Positions 7,397 through 14,780 of a stretch of 16,793 nucleotides of DNA are shown piece after piece. The stretch is from a virus (lineage: Duplodnaviria; Heunggongvirae; Uroviricota; Caudoviricetes). The notes beneath the pieces were generated by a model. That model saw only the letters and a list, made by a program, of their open reading frames with translations. It was not told the origin of the DNA and did not search any database. Numbering within the stretch: the first letter of the stretch is position 1; every line of letters begins with the position of its first letter. A program made the position numbers and the translations under genes. The stretch is taken from IMG/VR virus record IMGVR_UViG_2571042372_000009. The stretch is one strand, 5' to 3'.

Positions 7397-8443
7397 GTGC
7401 GAGTATTACTTCGACCTGTTCTGGTACCGGAACTCGGGCTGGTGATCGTTAAGCCGGGCCGTGAATCCATGCCGGTATTCCACAATACCCGGGTACTGGT
7501 GGAGCCGGAACCGAAAAGCATGCGTAATCTGCCGTCCGGGGTTGTTCCTGCCGTTCGCCAGCCGCTAGTGGAAGACAAAACATTGCTGCCGTTTTTCAGT
7601 AACGCACGGGTGATTCGTGCTGCTGGTGGTGCTGGTGCATTGTCTGACTGGCTGTTGCGCCATATTAAATCCTGCCAGTGGCCACACGGCGATTATCATC
7701 ACAGCGAAACCGTCATTCACCGTTATGGTACCGGCGCAATGGTGTTGTGCTGGCACTGCGACAACCAGCTGCGTGACCAGACATCCGAATCACTCGAGCA
7801 ACTTGCTCATCAAAACCTGTCAGCATGGATGATTGACGTCATACTCCATGCAATGAATGGCTCGCAGGAACGGGAATTATCGCTGGCTGAATTATCCTGG
7901 TGGGCGGTCCGCAATCAGGTGGCGGACGCGCTACCGGAAGCGGTATTACGTCGTTCGCTGGGGTTGCGTGCGGAAAAAATCCGCTCAATGTACCGTGAAA
8001 GCGACATCGTACCGGGAGAGCAGACCGCCACCAGCATACTGAAGCAGCGCACAAAAAATCTTGCGCCGCTGCCTCACGCCCACCAGCAAAACCCGCCACA
8101 GGAAGAGACGGTGGTCAGCATTGCCGTTGATCCTGAGTCTCCGGAATCTTTCATGAAACGACCTAAACGTCGCCGCTGGGTTAACGAGAAATACACACGC
8201 TGGGTGAAGACACAGCCGTGTGCGTGTTGTGGTAAGCCAGCCGACGATCCCCATCACCTGATTGGTCATGGTCAGGGCGGAATGGGGACAAAATCTCACG
8301 ATATTTTCACGCTACCGCTGTGTCGGGAGCATCACAACGAGCTTCATGCGGATCCTCTGGCGTTCGAAGAAAAGCATGGTTCTCAGGTTGATTTAATTTT
8401 TCGTTTTCTTGATCACGCCTTTGCAACTGGCGTGCTTGGGTAA
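7397..8443 (+). CDS. DUF968-like prophage protein (YdfU-like), 348 aa
   Basis: GTG start coupled to the upstream stop, with GGAGG upstream. Cys/His-rich C-terminus (CACCGKPADDPHHLIGHG...CREHHNELH). Lies immediately upstream of rusA-Q, as recalled for DUF968 genes in lambdoid prophages. Confidence 0.7.
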   Translation: MRVLLRPVLVPELGLVIVKPGRESMPVFHNTRVLVEPEPKSMRNLPSGVVPAVRQPLVEDKTLLPFFSNARVIRAAGGAGALSDWLLRHIKSCQWPHGDYHHSETVIHRYGTGAMVLCWHCDNQLRDQTSESLEQLAHQNLSAWMIDVILHAMNGSQERELSLAELSWWAVRNQVADALPEAVLRRSLGLRAEKIRSMYRESDIVPGEQTATSILKQRTKNLAPLPHAHQQNPPQEETVVSIAVDPESPESFMKRPKRRRWVNEKYTRWVKTQPCACCGKPADDPHHLIGHGQGGMGTKSHDIFTLPLCREHHNELHADPLAFEEKHGSQVDLIFRFLDHAFATGVLG

Positions 8444-8455
8444 AAGAGGTGACTG

Positions 8456-8830
8456 ATGCTCATAGATTTGGTTTTACCTTACCCGCCGACGGTGAACACT
8501 TACTGGCGACGCCGTGGCAGCACATATTTTATCTCGGAGGAGGGAAAGCGTTATCGCCGGGCTGTGGCGCTTATTGTTCGCCAGCAGCGGCTGAAATTAA
8601 GCCTGTCCGGAAGGCTGGCGATAAAGGTGATTGCAGAGCCACCGGATAAGCGTCGTCGCGACCTGGACAATATCCTGAAAGCACCGCTGGATGCGCTGAC
8701 GCATGCGGGAGTGTTAATGGACGATGAGCAGTTTGATGAAATCAATATCGTTCGTGGTCAGCCAGTATCTGGTGGACGTATGGGGGTGAAGATTTACCCC
8801 ATAATGCATGAAGAGCAGGTCAAAAAATGA
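8456..8830 (+). CDS. rusA: Holliday junction resolvase RusA, 124 aa
   Basis: SD AAGAGGTGA upstream of the ATG. Conserved PDKRRRDLDN motif as in the RusA family. Stop overlaps the next start (ATGA). Confidence 0.9.
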   Translation: MLIDLVLPYPPTVNTYWRRRGSTYFISEEGKRYRRAVALIVRQQRLKLSLSGRLAIKVIAEPPDKRRRDLDNILKAPLDALTHAGVLMDDEQFDEINIVRGQPVSGGRMGVKIYPIMHEEQVKK

Positions 8831-9648
8831 AACTGGAAGATTTACCGAAATACTACTCCCCAAAATCCCCTGGCCTGACCGATGCATCGGCCTCAACGTC
8901 AAAAGATGCGCTGAGTATCACTGATGTGATGGCCGCGCAGGGCATGACACAGAATCGGGCTGAGATGGGGTTTTCTGCGTTCCTGGGGAAAATGGGCATC
9001 AGTATGAATGACAGGGCGCGGGCAACAGAATTACTGGCAGATTATGCACTCAGTCGGTGCGATCGTGTGGCGGCGTTGAGAAAACTTCCGGCAGAAATAA
9101 AACCGGTAGTGATGCGCATTATGGCTTCGTATGCGTTTGAAGATTATGCCCGTAGCGCGGCGAGCAAAAAACAGTGCCCTTGCTGTCACGGAAAAAAATT
9201 TATTGAAAGCGAGGTTTTTACAAACAAGATCCAGTATCCGGATGGTAAGCCACCAGTGTGGGCAAAGTGCACAAAAGGCGTGTATCCGTCTTACTGGGAA
9301 GAATGGAAAAAAGTCAGGGAGGTGGTAAAAGTTGCCTGTCCGGAGTGTGGCGGAAAGGGTGAGGTTTCCACCGCCTGTAAGGATTGCCGTGGGCGTGGTG
9401 TCGCCATTCATCGTGAAGAGTCGGTAAAACGTGGTATGCCTGTTATCAGAGATTGCCAGCGTTGTGGTGGTCGTGGCTGTGAAAGGCTGCCATCAACGGA
9501 GGCATTTAATGCCATATGCAAAGTGACGAGTGCTATCACGCTTGATACGTGGAAAAAATCAGTGAAACGCTTTTACGATACGTTGGTGGTTCGGTTTGAC
9601 ATTGAAGAGGCATGGGCGGAGCGGCAGTTAAAGAGGGTAACGCGATAG
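8827..9648 (+). CDS. Late-gene antitermination protein Q (phage 82/Qin QuuQ-like), 273 aa
   Basis: N-terminal LPKYYSPKSP and multiple CxxC zinc-binding motifs (CPCCHGKK, CPECGGKGEVSTACKDCRGRG). Followed directly by a lambda-like pR'-tR' pair. Confidence 0.8.
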   Translation: MKLEDLPKYYSPKSPGLTDASASTSKDALSITDVMAAQGMTQNRAEMGFSAFLGKMGISMNDRARATELLADYALSRCDRVAALRKLPAEIKPVVMRIMASYAFEDYARSAASKKQCPCCHGKKFIESEVFTNKIQYPDGKPPVWAKCTKGVYPSYWEEWKKVREVVKVACPECGGKGEVSTACKDCRGRGVAIHREESVKRGMPVIRDCQRCGGRGCERLPSTEAFNAICKVTSAITLDTWKKSVKRFYDTLVVRFDIEEAWAERQLKRVTR

Positions 9649-9653
9649 TGTTG

Positions 9654-9681
9654 TTGATTTTTCCCGAATCTGTGGTAAATT
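9654..9681 (+). promoter_or_regulatory. Late promoter pR'-like (TTGATT - 16 nt - TAAATT) with qut-like initial transcribed region
   Basis: The -10 and downstream TGCTCTAACGATGGG closely resemble recalled lambda pR' (TAAATT TGACTCAACGATGGG). Immediately downstream of Q. Confidence 0.65.
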
Positions 9682-9728
9682 TGCTCTAACGATGGGCGTT
9701 TTATGCCTGACGTTAGAAGATTTTTTAC

Positions 9729-9754
9729 ACCCCGCCGCCTGGCGGGTTTTTTAT
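9729..9754 (+). terminator. tR'-like intrinsic terminator
   Basis: CCCGCC-gcct-GGCGGG hairpin followed by TTTTTTAT, about 65 nt downstream of the predicted pR' start. Confidence 0.75.
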
Positions 9755-9872
9755 GACTGAAATCGCGTCAGTACAGTAAACGCGCTGGTGGCGGTGAATA
9801 CCTGTCTTTCAGCTTGCTGGCTTTTTCGACAAGAGTTATTGGTGTGTCACGTTAACCGGAAAAGGAAAAGAC

Positions 9873-10070
9873 ATGCTAAAACAGCAGGATATGACAGAAA
9901 CCGCCAGAGTGGTGTTTAATGAATTAAGCGTTACCGACCCGGCGACAGTCGGGGAGATAGCGCAGAATACTTACCTTTCACGCGAACGCTGCCAGTTAAT
10001 ACTGACTCAGCTGGTTATGGCGGGTCTGGCAGACTATCAGTTCGGTTGTTACAGACGCCTTCCGCAGTGA
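9873..10070 (+). CDS. Small hypothetical protein with winged-helix/HTH-like segment, 65 aa
   Basis: SD AGGA six nt upstream of the ATG. ...TVGEIAQNTYLSRERCQLILTQLVMAGL... looks like a recognition-helix region. The stop is embedded in a terminator hairpin. Confidence 0.5.
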   Translation: MLKQQDMTETARVVFNELSVTDPATVGEIAQNTYLSRERCQLILTQLVMAGLADYQFGCYRRLPQ

Positions 10071-10082
10071 AGGCTTTTTTAT
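10057..10082 (+). terminator. Intrinsic terminator
   Basis: GCCTTC-cgcagt-GAAGGC hairpin followed by TTTTTTA. Confidence 0.7.
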
Positions 10083-10220
10083 TTGTGGTAAATGGGCGGC
10101 TGGTGGGTGTTAGGGGCACCCACCAGCCATCTGCTCATGCGTCCGGATCACAAGCAAACCTCAGGCCCACTGCTTTGCGCAAAAGCAGAATGAGCCTATC
10201 AGAGACAGGCTTAATGATCC

Positions 10221-11270
10221 ATGCTTAATACTGTAAAAATATCCAGTTGTGAGTTAATCAACGCCGACTGCCTGGAATTTATCCGGTCGTTACCCGAAAA
10301 TTCTGTTGACCTGATAGTCACGGACCCGCCGTACTTTAAAGTGAAGCCTGAGGGCTGGGATAACCAGTGGAAGGGCGACGATGATTACCTGAAGTGGCTG
10401 GACCAGTGTCTGGCGCAGTTCTGGCGGGTGCTGAAACCTGCCGGAAGTCTTTACCTGTTCTGTGGTCATCGCCTGGCATCTGATATCGAAATCATGATGC
10501 GTGAACGCTTCAGTGTGCTGAACCATATTATCTGGGCGAAGCCGTCCGGACGCTGGAACGGATGCAACAAGGAAAGGCTGCGGGCGTATTTCCCCGCCAC
10601 AGAGCGCATTCTGTTCGCGGAACATTATCAGGGGCCGTATCGTCCGAAAGATGCCGGGTATGCGGCGAAGGGCAGTGCACTGAAACAGCATGTGATGGCC
10701 CCGCTGATTTCTTACTTTCGTGATGCGCGCGCGGCCCTGGGGATAACGGCAAAACAGATTGCAGATGCCACAGGAAAGAAAAACATGGTGTCGCACTGGT
10801 TCAGTGCCAGTCAGTGGCAGCTACCGAATGAAAGCGATTATCTGAAATTACAGGCGCTGTTTGCCCGGGTGGCAGAAGAGAAGCATCGGCGTGGTGAACT
10901 GGAAAAGCTCCACCACCAGCTGGTGGATACGTATACCTCACTGAACCGGCAGTATGCGGAGCTGCTGAGTGAATATAAACATCTGCGGCGGTATTTTGGC
11001 GTGACGGTGCAGGTGCCGTATACCGATGTGTGGACGCATAAACCGGTGCAGTTCTATCCCGGGAAACATCCGTGCGAAAAACCGGCAGAAATGCTGCAGC
11101 AGATAATCAGCGCAAGTAGCCGTCCTGGTGATCTGGTTGCGGATTTTTTCATGGGGTCGGGTTCAACGGTAAAAGCGGCGATGGCACTGGGGCGTCGTGC
11201 GATTGGTGTTGAGCTGGAGACCGGACGTTTTGAGCAGACAGTCAGGGAAGTTCAGGATTTAATCGTTTGA
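10221..11270 (+). CDS. Orphan DNA amino-methyltransferase, beta class (N6-adenine or N4-cytosine; DPPY motif), 349 aa
   Basis: Motif IV DPPY near the N-terminus (LIVTDPPYF) and motif I FxGxG near the C-terminus (DLVADFFMGSGSTVKAA). No restriction endonuclease partner in the window. No clear SD. Confidence 0.9.
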   Translation: MLNTVKISSCELINADCLEFIRSLPENSVDLIVTDPPYFKVKPEGWDNQWKGDDDYLKWLDQCLAQFWRVLKPAGSLYLFCGHRLASDIEIMMRERFSVLNHIIWAKPSGRWNGCNKERLRAYFPATERILFAEHYQGPYRPKDAGYAAKGSALKQHVMAPLISYFRDARAALGITAKQIADATGKKNMVSHWFSASQWQLPNESDYLKLQALFARVAEEKHRRGELEKLHHQLVDTYTSLNRQYAELLSEYKHLRRYFGVTVQVPYTDVWTHKPVQFYPGKHPCEKPAEMLQQIISASSRPGDLVADFFMGSGSTVKAAMALGRRAIGVELETGRFEQTVREVQDLIV

Positions 11271-11319
11271 AACGGATGAGATTGCAGAATTAATTACGCA
11301 CCATTATTATTCTGCTCCC

Positions 11320-11395
11320 GGCCCTTTAGCTCAGTGGTGAGAGCGAGCGACTCATAATCGCCAGGTCGCTGGTTCAAATCCAGCAAGGGCCACCA
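11320..11395 (+). tRNA. tRNA with CAU anticodon (Ile2/lysidine type or Met), 76 nt
   Basis: Manual fold: acceptor GGCCCTT/AAGGGCC, D-arm GCTC/GAGC, anticodon loop CTCATAA, T-loop TTCAAAT, 3' CCA encoded. Resembles ileX/ileZ-type genes as recalled. Confidence 0.85.
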
Positions 11396-11402
11396 TCACA
11401 TA

Positions 11403-11479
11403 CCGCCATTAGCTCATCAGGAAAGAGCGCCAGCCTTCGAAGCTGGTTGCGCGGAGTTCGGGTCCCCGAAGGCGGTCCA
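11403..11479 (+). tRNA. tRNA-Arg (UCG anticodon), atypical, 77 nt
   Basis: Manual fold: anticodon stem CCAGC/GCTGG with loop CTTCGAA. One acceptor-stem mismatch (A6/A67), one T-stem mismatch, and T-loop TTCGGGT with G at the usually conserved A58 position. CCA encoded. Confidence 0.6.
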
Positions 11480-11492
11480 TTATCTGTATCCT

Positions 11493-11569
11493 GCGTTGTT
11501 AGCTCAGCCGGACAGAGCAATTGCCTTCTAAGCAATCGGTCACTGGTTCGAATCCAGTACAACGCGCCA
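11493..11569 (+). tRNA. tRNA-Arg (UCU anticodon), 77 nt
   Basis: Manual fold: perfect acceptor stem GCGTTGT/ACAACGC, anticodon stem ATTGC/GCAAT with loop CTTCTAA, T-loop TTCGAAT, CCA encoded. Confidence 0.85.
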
Positions 11570-11584
11570 CACTTATTTTCCCTG

Positions 11585-11608
11585 GCTCGCTTTTGCGGGC
11601 TTTTTTTT
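11585..11608 (+). terminator. Intrinsic terminator after the tRNA cluster
   Basis: GCTCGC-tttt-GCGGGC hairpin (one G-U pair) followed by T8. Confidence 0.65.
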
Positions 11609-11614
11609 AAATGT

Positions 11615-11830
11615 CTCACAATTCAGGCGGTTGACTGTTGTCTGGTTTGCGGGGAGTTTGTTAAAAGAAACTGGCATGGTGAATCCCCCTGTGCGGAGGG
11701 GCAATCAGCGAGTAGGTATATGGGATAATCGCGGATTCAGGTGCTGGTACTGAATTCACCGGGAGGCACCCGGCACCATGCAATGGCACATAGCGCCACT
11801 CTCCAGCCCCTCTCCGGAGGGGCTTTTCTG
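11615..11830 (+). ncRNA. Candidate structured noncoding RNA module, copy A
   Basis: Begins just after a terminator with CTCACAATTCAG...TTGACT. Contains three hairpins (CCCCCT-gtgcgg-AGGGG; CCGGG-aggca-CCCGG; GCCCCTC-tccg-GAGGGGC followed by TTTTCT). The same architecture recurs in copy B while the ORFs are not conserved. Confidence 0.4.
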
Positions 11831-12082
11831 TGCCGGATACATCACAGTTTCTGGAACCTTAGGTACTACAGTATCAGTCAGGGTGCTATATTTTCAGATG
11901 TGATGAAAGCCTGTCAGCAGGCAGGGCGTATCGGAAATGACCCAGTAGAGAAAACGTTGACTCAGATACCGGTGCTGAGTTACCGGGAAACCGGCATCAC
12001 ATGACCGCTATCCTTCCAGGCCCATCCGCTCCGGTGGGCCTTTTTACTGCAGAAAACAGGTTCCCCGTTAAATGCTATGTTG

Positions 12083-12317
12083 CTCACAATTCAGTAAGTT
12101 GACAGTTGCCTGTCAGACTGGGCATTTGTTAAAAAAATTTCGCATGGTGAATCCCCCTGAGCGGAGGGGCGACTGGTGACGGTATAATCTCTGATTATCA
12201 AAACGAGAATGACGCGGGTTTAGTGGCACCGGGCTGAACTCACCGGGAGGCACCCGGCACCATGTGCATGATGATACAGATACGCGGCTTTAGCCCCTCT
12301 CCGGAGGGGTTTTCTTG
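12083..12317 (+). ncRNA. Candidate structured noncoding RNA module, copy B (divergent paralogue of copy A)
   Basis: CTCACAATTCAG...TTGACA start, the same three hairpins with conserved stems, and a terminal GCCCCTC-tccg-GAGGGG + TTTTCTT terminator. Preceded by another terminator (GGCCCA...TGGGCC + T5 at about 12019-12045). Confidence 0.4.
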
Positions 12318-12544
12318 TGGGCAAAAAAAGCCCGCGCTGGGAGACGCGGGCGGCAAGGAATAAACAATAAAACGTGAAGTAATATTTCAGCTGGCGAATA
12401 ATACCCCATAGTAATCACTCTGCGCAACTGCGCGGTCTTTTTCGAATTGCGGGCTGTCGTCTCTCTTCTGCCATTGTCCTGTAACTTCCGGACTTCAGCC
12501 CGCTCCTTATTTTACTCACAATATTATCCCGGCCGGGAGGATTC

Positions 12545-12772
12545 ATGGCATTTAAACACTATGACGTGGTCAGGGCGGTATCGCCGTCAGACCTTGCGAA
12601 ACGACTGACACAAAAACTGAAGGAGGGCTGGCAGCCGTTTGGTAGTCCGGTGGCCATAACCCCTTATACCCTGATGCAGGCGATTGCAGCAGAAGGTGAT
12701 GTGGTGGTCAGTGGTGCAACTGAGCCGGATTGGTACTACGTCATCGTACTGGCCCGGCATTCCAGGCCATAA
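12545..12772 (+). CDS. Small conserved-looking hypothetical phage protein, 75 aa
   Basis: Strong SD GGGAGG five nt upstream of the ATG. Located just upstream of the holin gene. Confidence 0.6.
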   Translation: MAFKHYDVVRAVSPSDLAKRLTQKLKEGWQPFGSPVAITPYTLMQAIAAEGDVVVSGATEPDWYYVIVLARHSRP

Positions 12773-13040
12773 AAGACAGTCTGGCAGTGGGACTAAATGC
12801 ACTGACGCTGATGGATATTACCAAAAATGTAACGTATGGCGTTGAGATAGAAAGTCTGGCGCTGGAGATAAATGCACCGGCATCATCATAAAAAGTGAGC
12901 CAGTCAAATGGAAGGTATCGTTAAACTCACCGGTAGTGTCAGTGGGTCGTCTGAGACGCTTGCATGAGTTATCAGAGCCATCAGTAGTTAACTGGTGGCT
13001 TTTTTATTGTTTTCAGCTTCCGGATAACGGGAGACGGGGT

Positions 13041-13256
13041 ATGGACCAGATGGAAAAAATCACAACAGGTGTGTCATACACCACGTCAGCGGTGGGAACG
13101 GGCTACTGGTTCCTGCAGTTGCTGGACAGGGTTTCCCCGTCTCAGTGGGCGGCAATAGGCGTGCTGGGGAGTCTGCTGTTTGGGCTGCTGACATATCTGA
13201 CTAACCTGTATTTCAAAATCAGAGAGGACCGTCGTAAGGCGGCACGGGGAGAGTAA
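13041..13256 (+). CDS. S: Holin, class II pinholin (phage 21 S-like), 71 aa with dual-start motif
   Basis: MDQMEK... gives Met1 and Met4 starts (71 and 68 aa), as recalled for S21. Two hydrophobic segments and a charged C-terminus [13 protein letters not shown]. Followed by a SAR endolysin. Confidence 0.85.
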   Translation: MDQMEKITTGVSYTTSAVGTGYWFLQLLDRVSPSQWAAIGVLGSLLFGLLTYLTNLYFKIREDRRKAARGE

Positions 13257-13260
13257 TTCA

Positions 13261-13605
13261 ATGACTCAAAACTATGAACTGATTGTGAAAGGGATCCGCA
13301 ATTTTGAGAATAAAGTTACGGTAACTTTAGCATTACAGGACAAAGAACGCTTTGACGGTGAAATTTTTGACCTGGACATCTCGCTGGACCGTGTTGAAGG
13401 TGCTGCGCTGGAGTTTTATGAGGCAGCGGCCAGAAGGAGCATCAGACAGGTCTTCCTGGATGTCGCTGCCGGGTTATGTGAAGGGGATGAGCAGTCGCCG
13501 GAAAAGCGCCCCGTAATTTTAGAGGCGCAGAATGTATGGATAACCTACAAAGGAAAGCTACCGGGAAGGATTACTGGTTCCCTGAAGACTCCGCCGAAAT
13601 GGTAG
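13261..13605 (+). CDS. Hypothetical protein between holin and endolysin (YdfR/DUF1327-like by position), 114 aa
   Basis: ATG four nt after the holin stop, with GGGAGAG upstream. Naming is from recall of the essQ-ydfR-rrrQ arrangement and is tentative. Confidence 0.55.
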   Translation: MTQNYELIVKGIRNFENKVTVTLALQDKERFDGEIFDLDISLDRVEGAALEFYEAAARRSIRQVFLDVAAGLCEGDEQSPEKRPVILEAQNVWITYKGKLPGRITGSLKTPPKW

Positions 13606-13843
13606 TTTTGCCAGCATAATTTTCTTCCAGCAATGCCGCCAGCCACTTGAAAGAATTTTGTTGTTCCTGGGACCATTTGGGGTTGCGTGATTCAAAATGA
13701 ATGGATGCCAGCGTTGGCAGCATTTGCTCCCTGGGAATTGATAAGGCCAGATGTGAAAATGCAACAGTGAGGGCATTTACATCATCCCGAAGCCTGGAAA
13801 TGCAGTCGAGCAACTCCTGTAGAGAAATGGTGCTATTGTCCAT
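13571..13843 (-). CDS. Hypothetical protein, 90 aa, convergent with and overlapping the 3' end of the previous gene
   Basis: Good SD (AAGAGGA) upstream of the ATG on the minus strand. Helical-looking product. Overlaps 13571-13605 of the plus-strand ORF, so one of the two may be spurious. Confidence 0.35.
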   Translation of the reverse strand: MDNSTISLQELLDCISRLRDDVNALTVAFSHLALSIPREQMLPTLASIHFESRNPKWSQEQQNSFKWLAALLEENYAGKTTISAESSGNQ

Positions 13844-13948
13844 AAATAATCCTCTTGATTGTCTTTACCTTTTCCCCGCCTGATTCAACAGGCCGGGACA
13901 GATAAACATATCCAGGGTTCAGAAACCGATAAATCCTGATAAATATCC

Positions 13949-14482
13949 ATGAACGCAAAAATCAAATACGGCCTGTCAGCTGCAGTTCTGGCGCTGATTG
14001 GAGCAGGCGCATCAGCTCCTCAGATACTTGACCAGTTTCTGGATGAAAAAGAGGGTAACCACACTACGGCATACCGCGATGGTTCCGGCAACTGGACCAT
14101 CTGTCGGGGGGCCACGATGGTGGATGGAAAACCCGTTTTTCCCGGTATGAAACTGTCGAAGGAAAAATGCGACCAGGTCAACGCCATTGAGCGTGATAAG
14201 GCGCTGGCATGGGTGGAGAAAAACATCAAAGTGCCATTGAGCGAACCCCAGAAAGCGGGGATCGCGTCATTCTGTCCGTACAACATTGGTCCCGGTAAGT
14301 GTTTCCCGTCGACGTTTTATAAACGAATTAATGCAGGTGATCGCAGGGGAGCGTGTGAGGCGATTCGCTGGTGGATTAAGGACGGTGGCAGAGACTGCCG
14401 TATTCGTTCAAACAACTGCTACGGTCAGGTATCCCGTCGTGACCAGGAGAGCGCGCTGGCGTGCTGGGGTATCGACAGATAA
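13949..14482 (+). CDS. R: SAR endolysin (T4-lysozyme-like muramidase, phage 21 R-like), 177 aa
   Basis: N-terminal signal-anchor-release segment KYGLSAAVLALIGAGASAP and catalytic E-x8-D-x5-T triad (EGNHTTAYRDGSGNWT). Confidence 0.9.
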   Translation: MNAKIKYGLSAAVLALIGAGASAPQILDQFLDEKEGNHTTAYRDGSGNWTICRGATMVDGKPVFPGMKLSKEKCDQVNAIERDKALAWVEKNIKVPLSEPQKAGIASFCPYNIGPGKCFPSTFYKRINAGDRRGACEAIRWWIKDGGRDCRIRSNNCYGQVSRRDQESALACWGIDR

Positions 14483-14575
14483 GCAGAATATTTTGCTGAA
14501 AAATAAGGCATGGCCACGCGGGCGGATAACATGAAATCCTGCGAAGTGGCGAAACGTAAGTGAATAAAAGTAAAA

Positions 14576-14610
14576 ACCCCGTTTGTTGGCACCAAGCGGG
14601 GTTTTGTGTT
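14576..14610 (+). terminator. Putative intrinsic terminator after the endolysin gene
   Basis: ACCCCG...CGGGGT hairpin with a long loop, followed by TTTTGTGTTT. Confidence 0.45.
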
Positions 14611-14680
14611 TCCTGACTCCGGAAAAGTCAAAGGAGAAAGTGTGTTTGATTTTAGCAAACTGATTCGGGAGATTCGAGTG

Positions 14681-14779
14681 ATGGCTGAAAAATTATCCAC
14701 CTGGAAGTTCATTCTTATCTGGCTGGTGTTTGTGATTATGGCCTCTGGTTATTTCATCGGTCAGATACGCTGGTGGTGA
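14681..14779 (+). CDS. Candidate small membrane peptide, 32 aa, between endolysin and Rz
   Basis: ATG with GGGAG nine nt upstream. Product [32 protein letters not shown] is one transmembrane helix. Its stop TGA is followed one nt later by the Rz ATG (TGAAATG). Under 60 aa, so absent from the ORF track. Confidence 0.35.
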   Translation: MAEKLSTWKFILIWLVFVIMASGYFIGQIRWW

Positions 14780-14780
14780 A

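Noticed and set aside
7839-8299. Minus-strand ORFs of 86 and 104 aa
   Set aside because: Antisense to the DUF968-like gene; no translation signals.
10290-10796. 168-aa minus-strand ORF (and nested 74-aa ORF)
   Set aside because: Antisense to the methyltransferase gene, which has clear family motifs; shadow ORF.
11374-11728. ORFs of 81 aa (minus) and 93 aa (plus)
   Set aside because: They overlap the three tRNA genes and the terminator; the tRNA folds are far better supported.
11741-12004. 87-aa plus-strand ORF in the noncoding module region
   Set aside because: Not conserved in the paralogous copy B. The region is better explained as structured RNA with terminators.
12083-12317. Retron or type III toxin-antitoxin RNA as an explanation for the repeated modules
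   Set aside because: No reverse transcriptase or endoribonuclease toxin gene is adjacent, and the repeats are two long divergent units rather than short tandem repeats.
11600-12540. Possible Shiga toxin (stxAB) or other protein cargo downstream of the tRNA trio
   Set aside because: No ORF of suitable size or with a signal peptide is present. The interval is noncoding apart from short unconserved frames.
14286-14712. ORFs of 82 aa (plus) and 95 aa (minus)
   Set aside because: They overlap the endolysin 3' end and the terminator region in other frames; no SD and no recognisable features.
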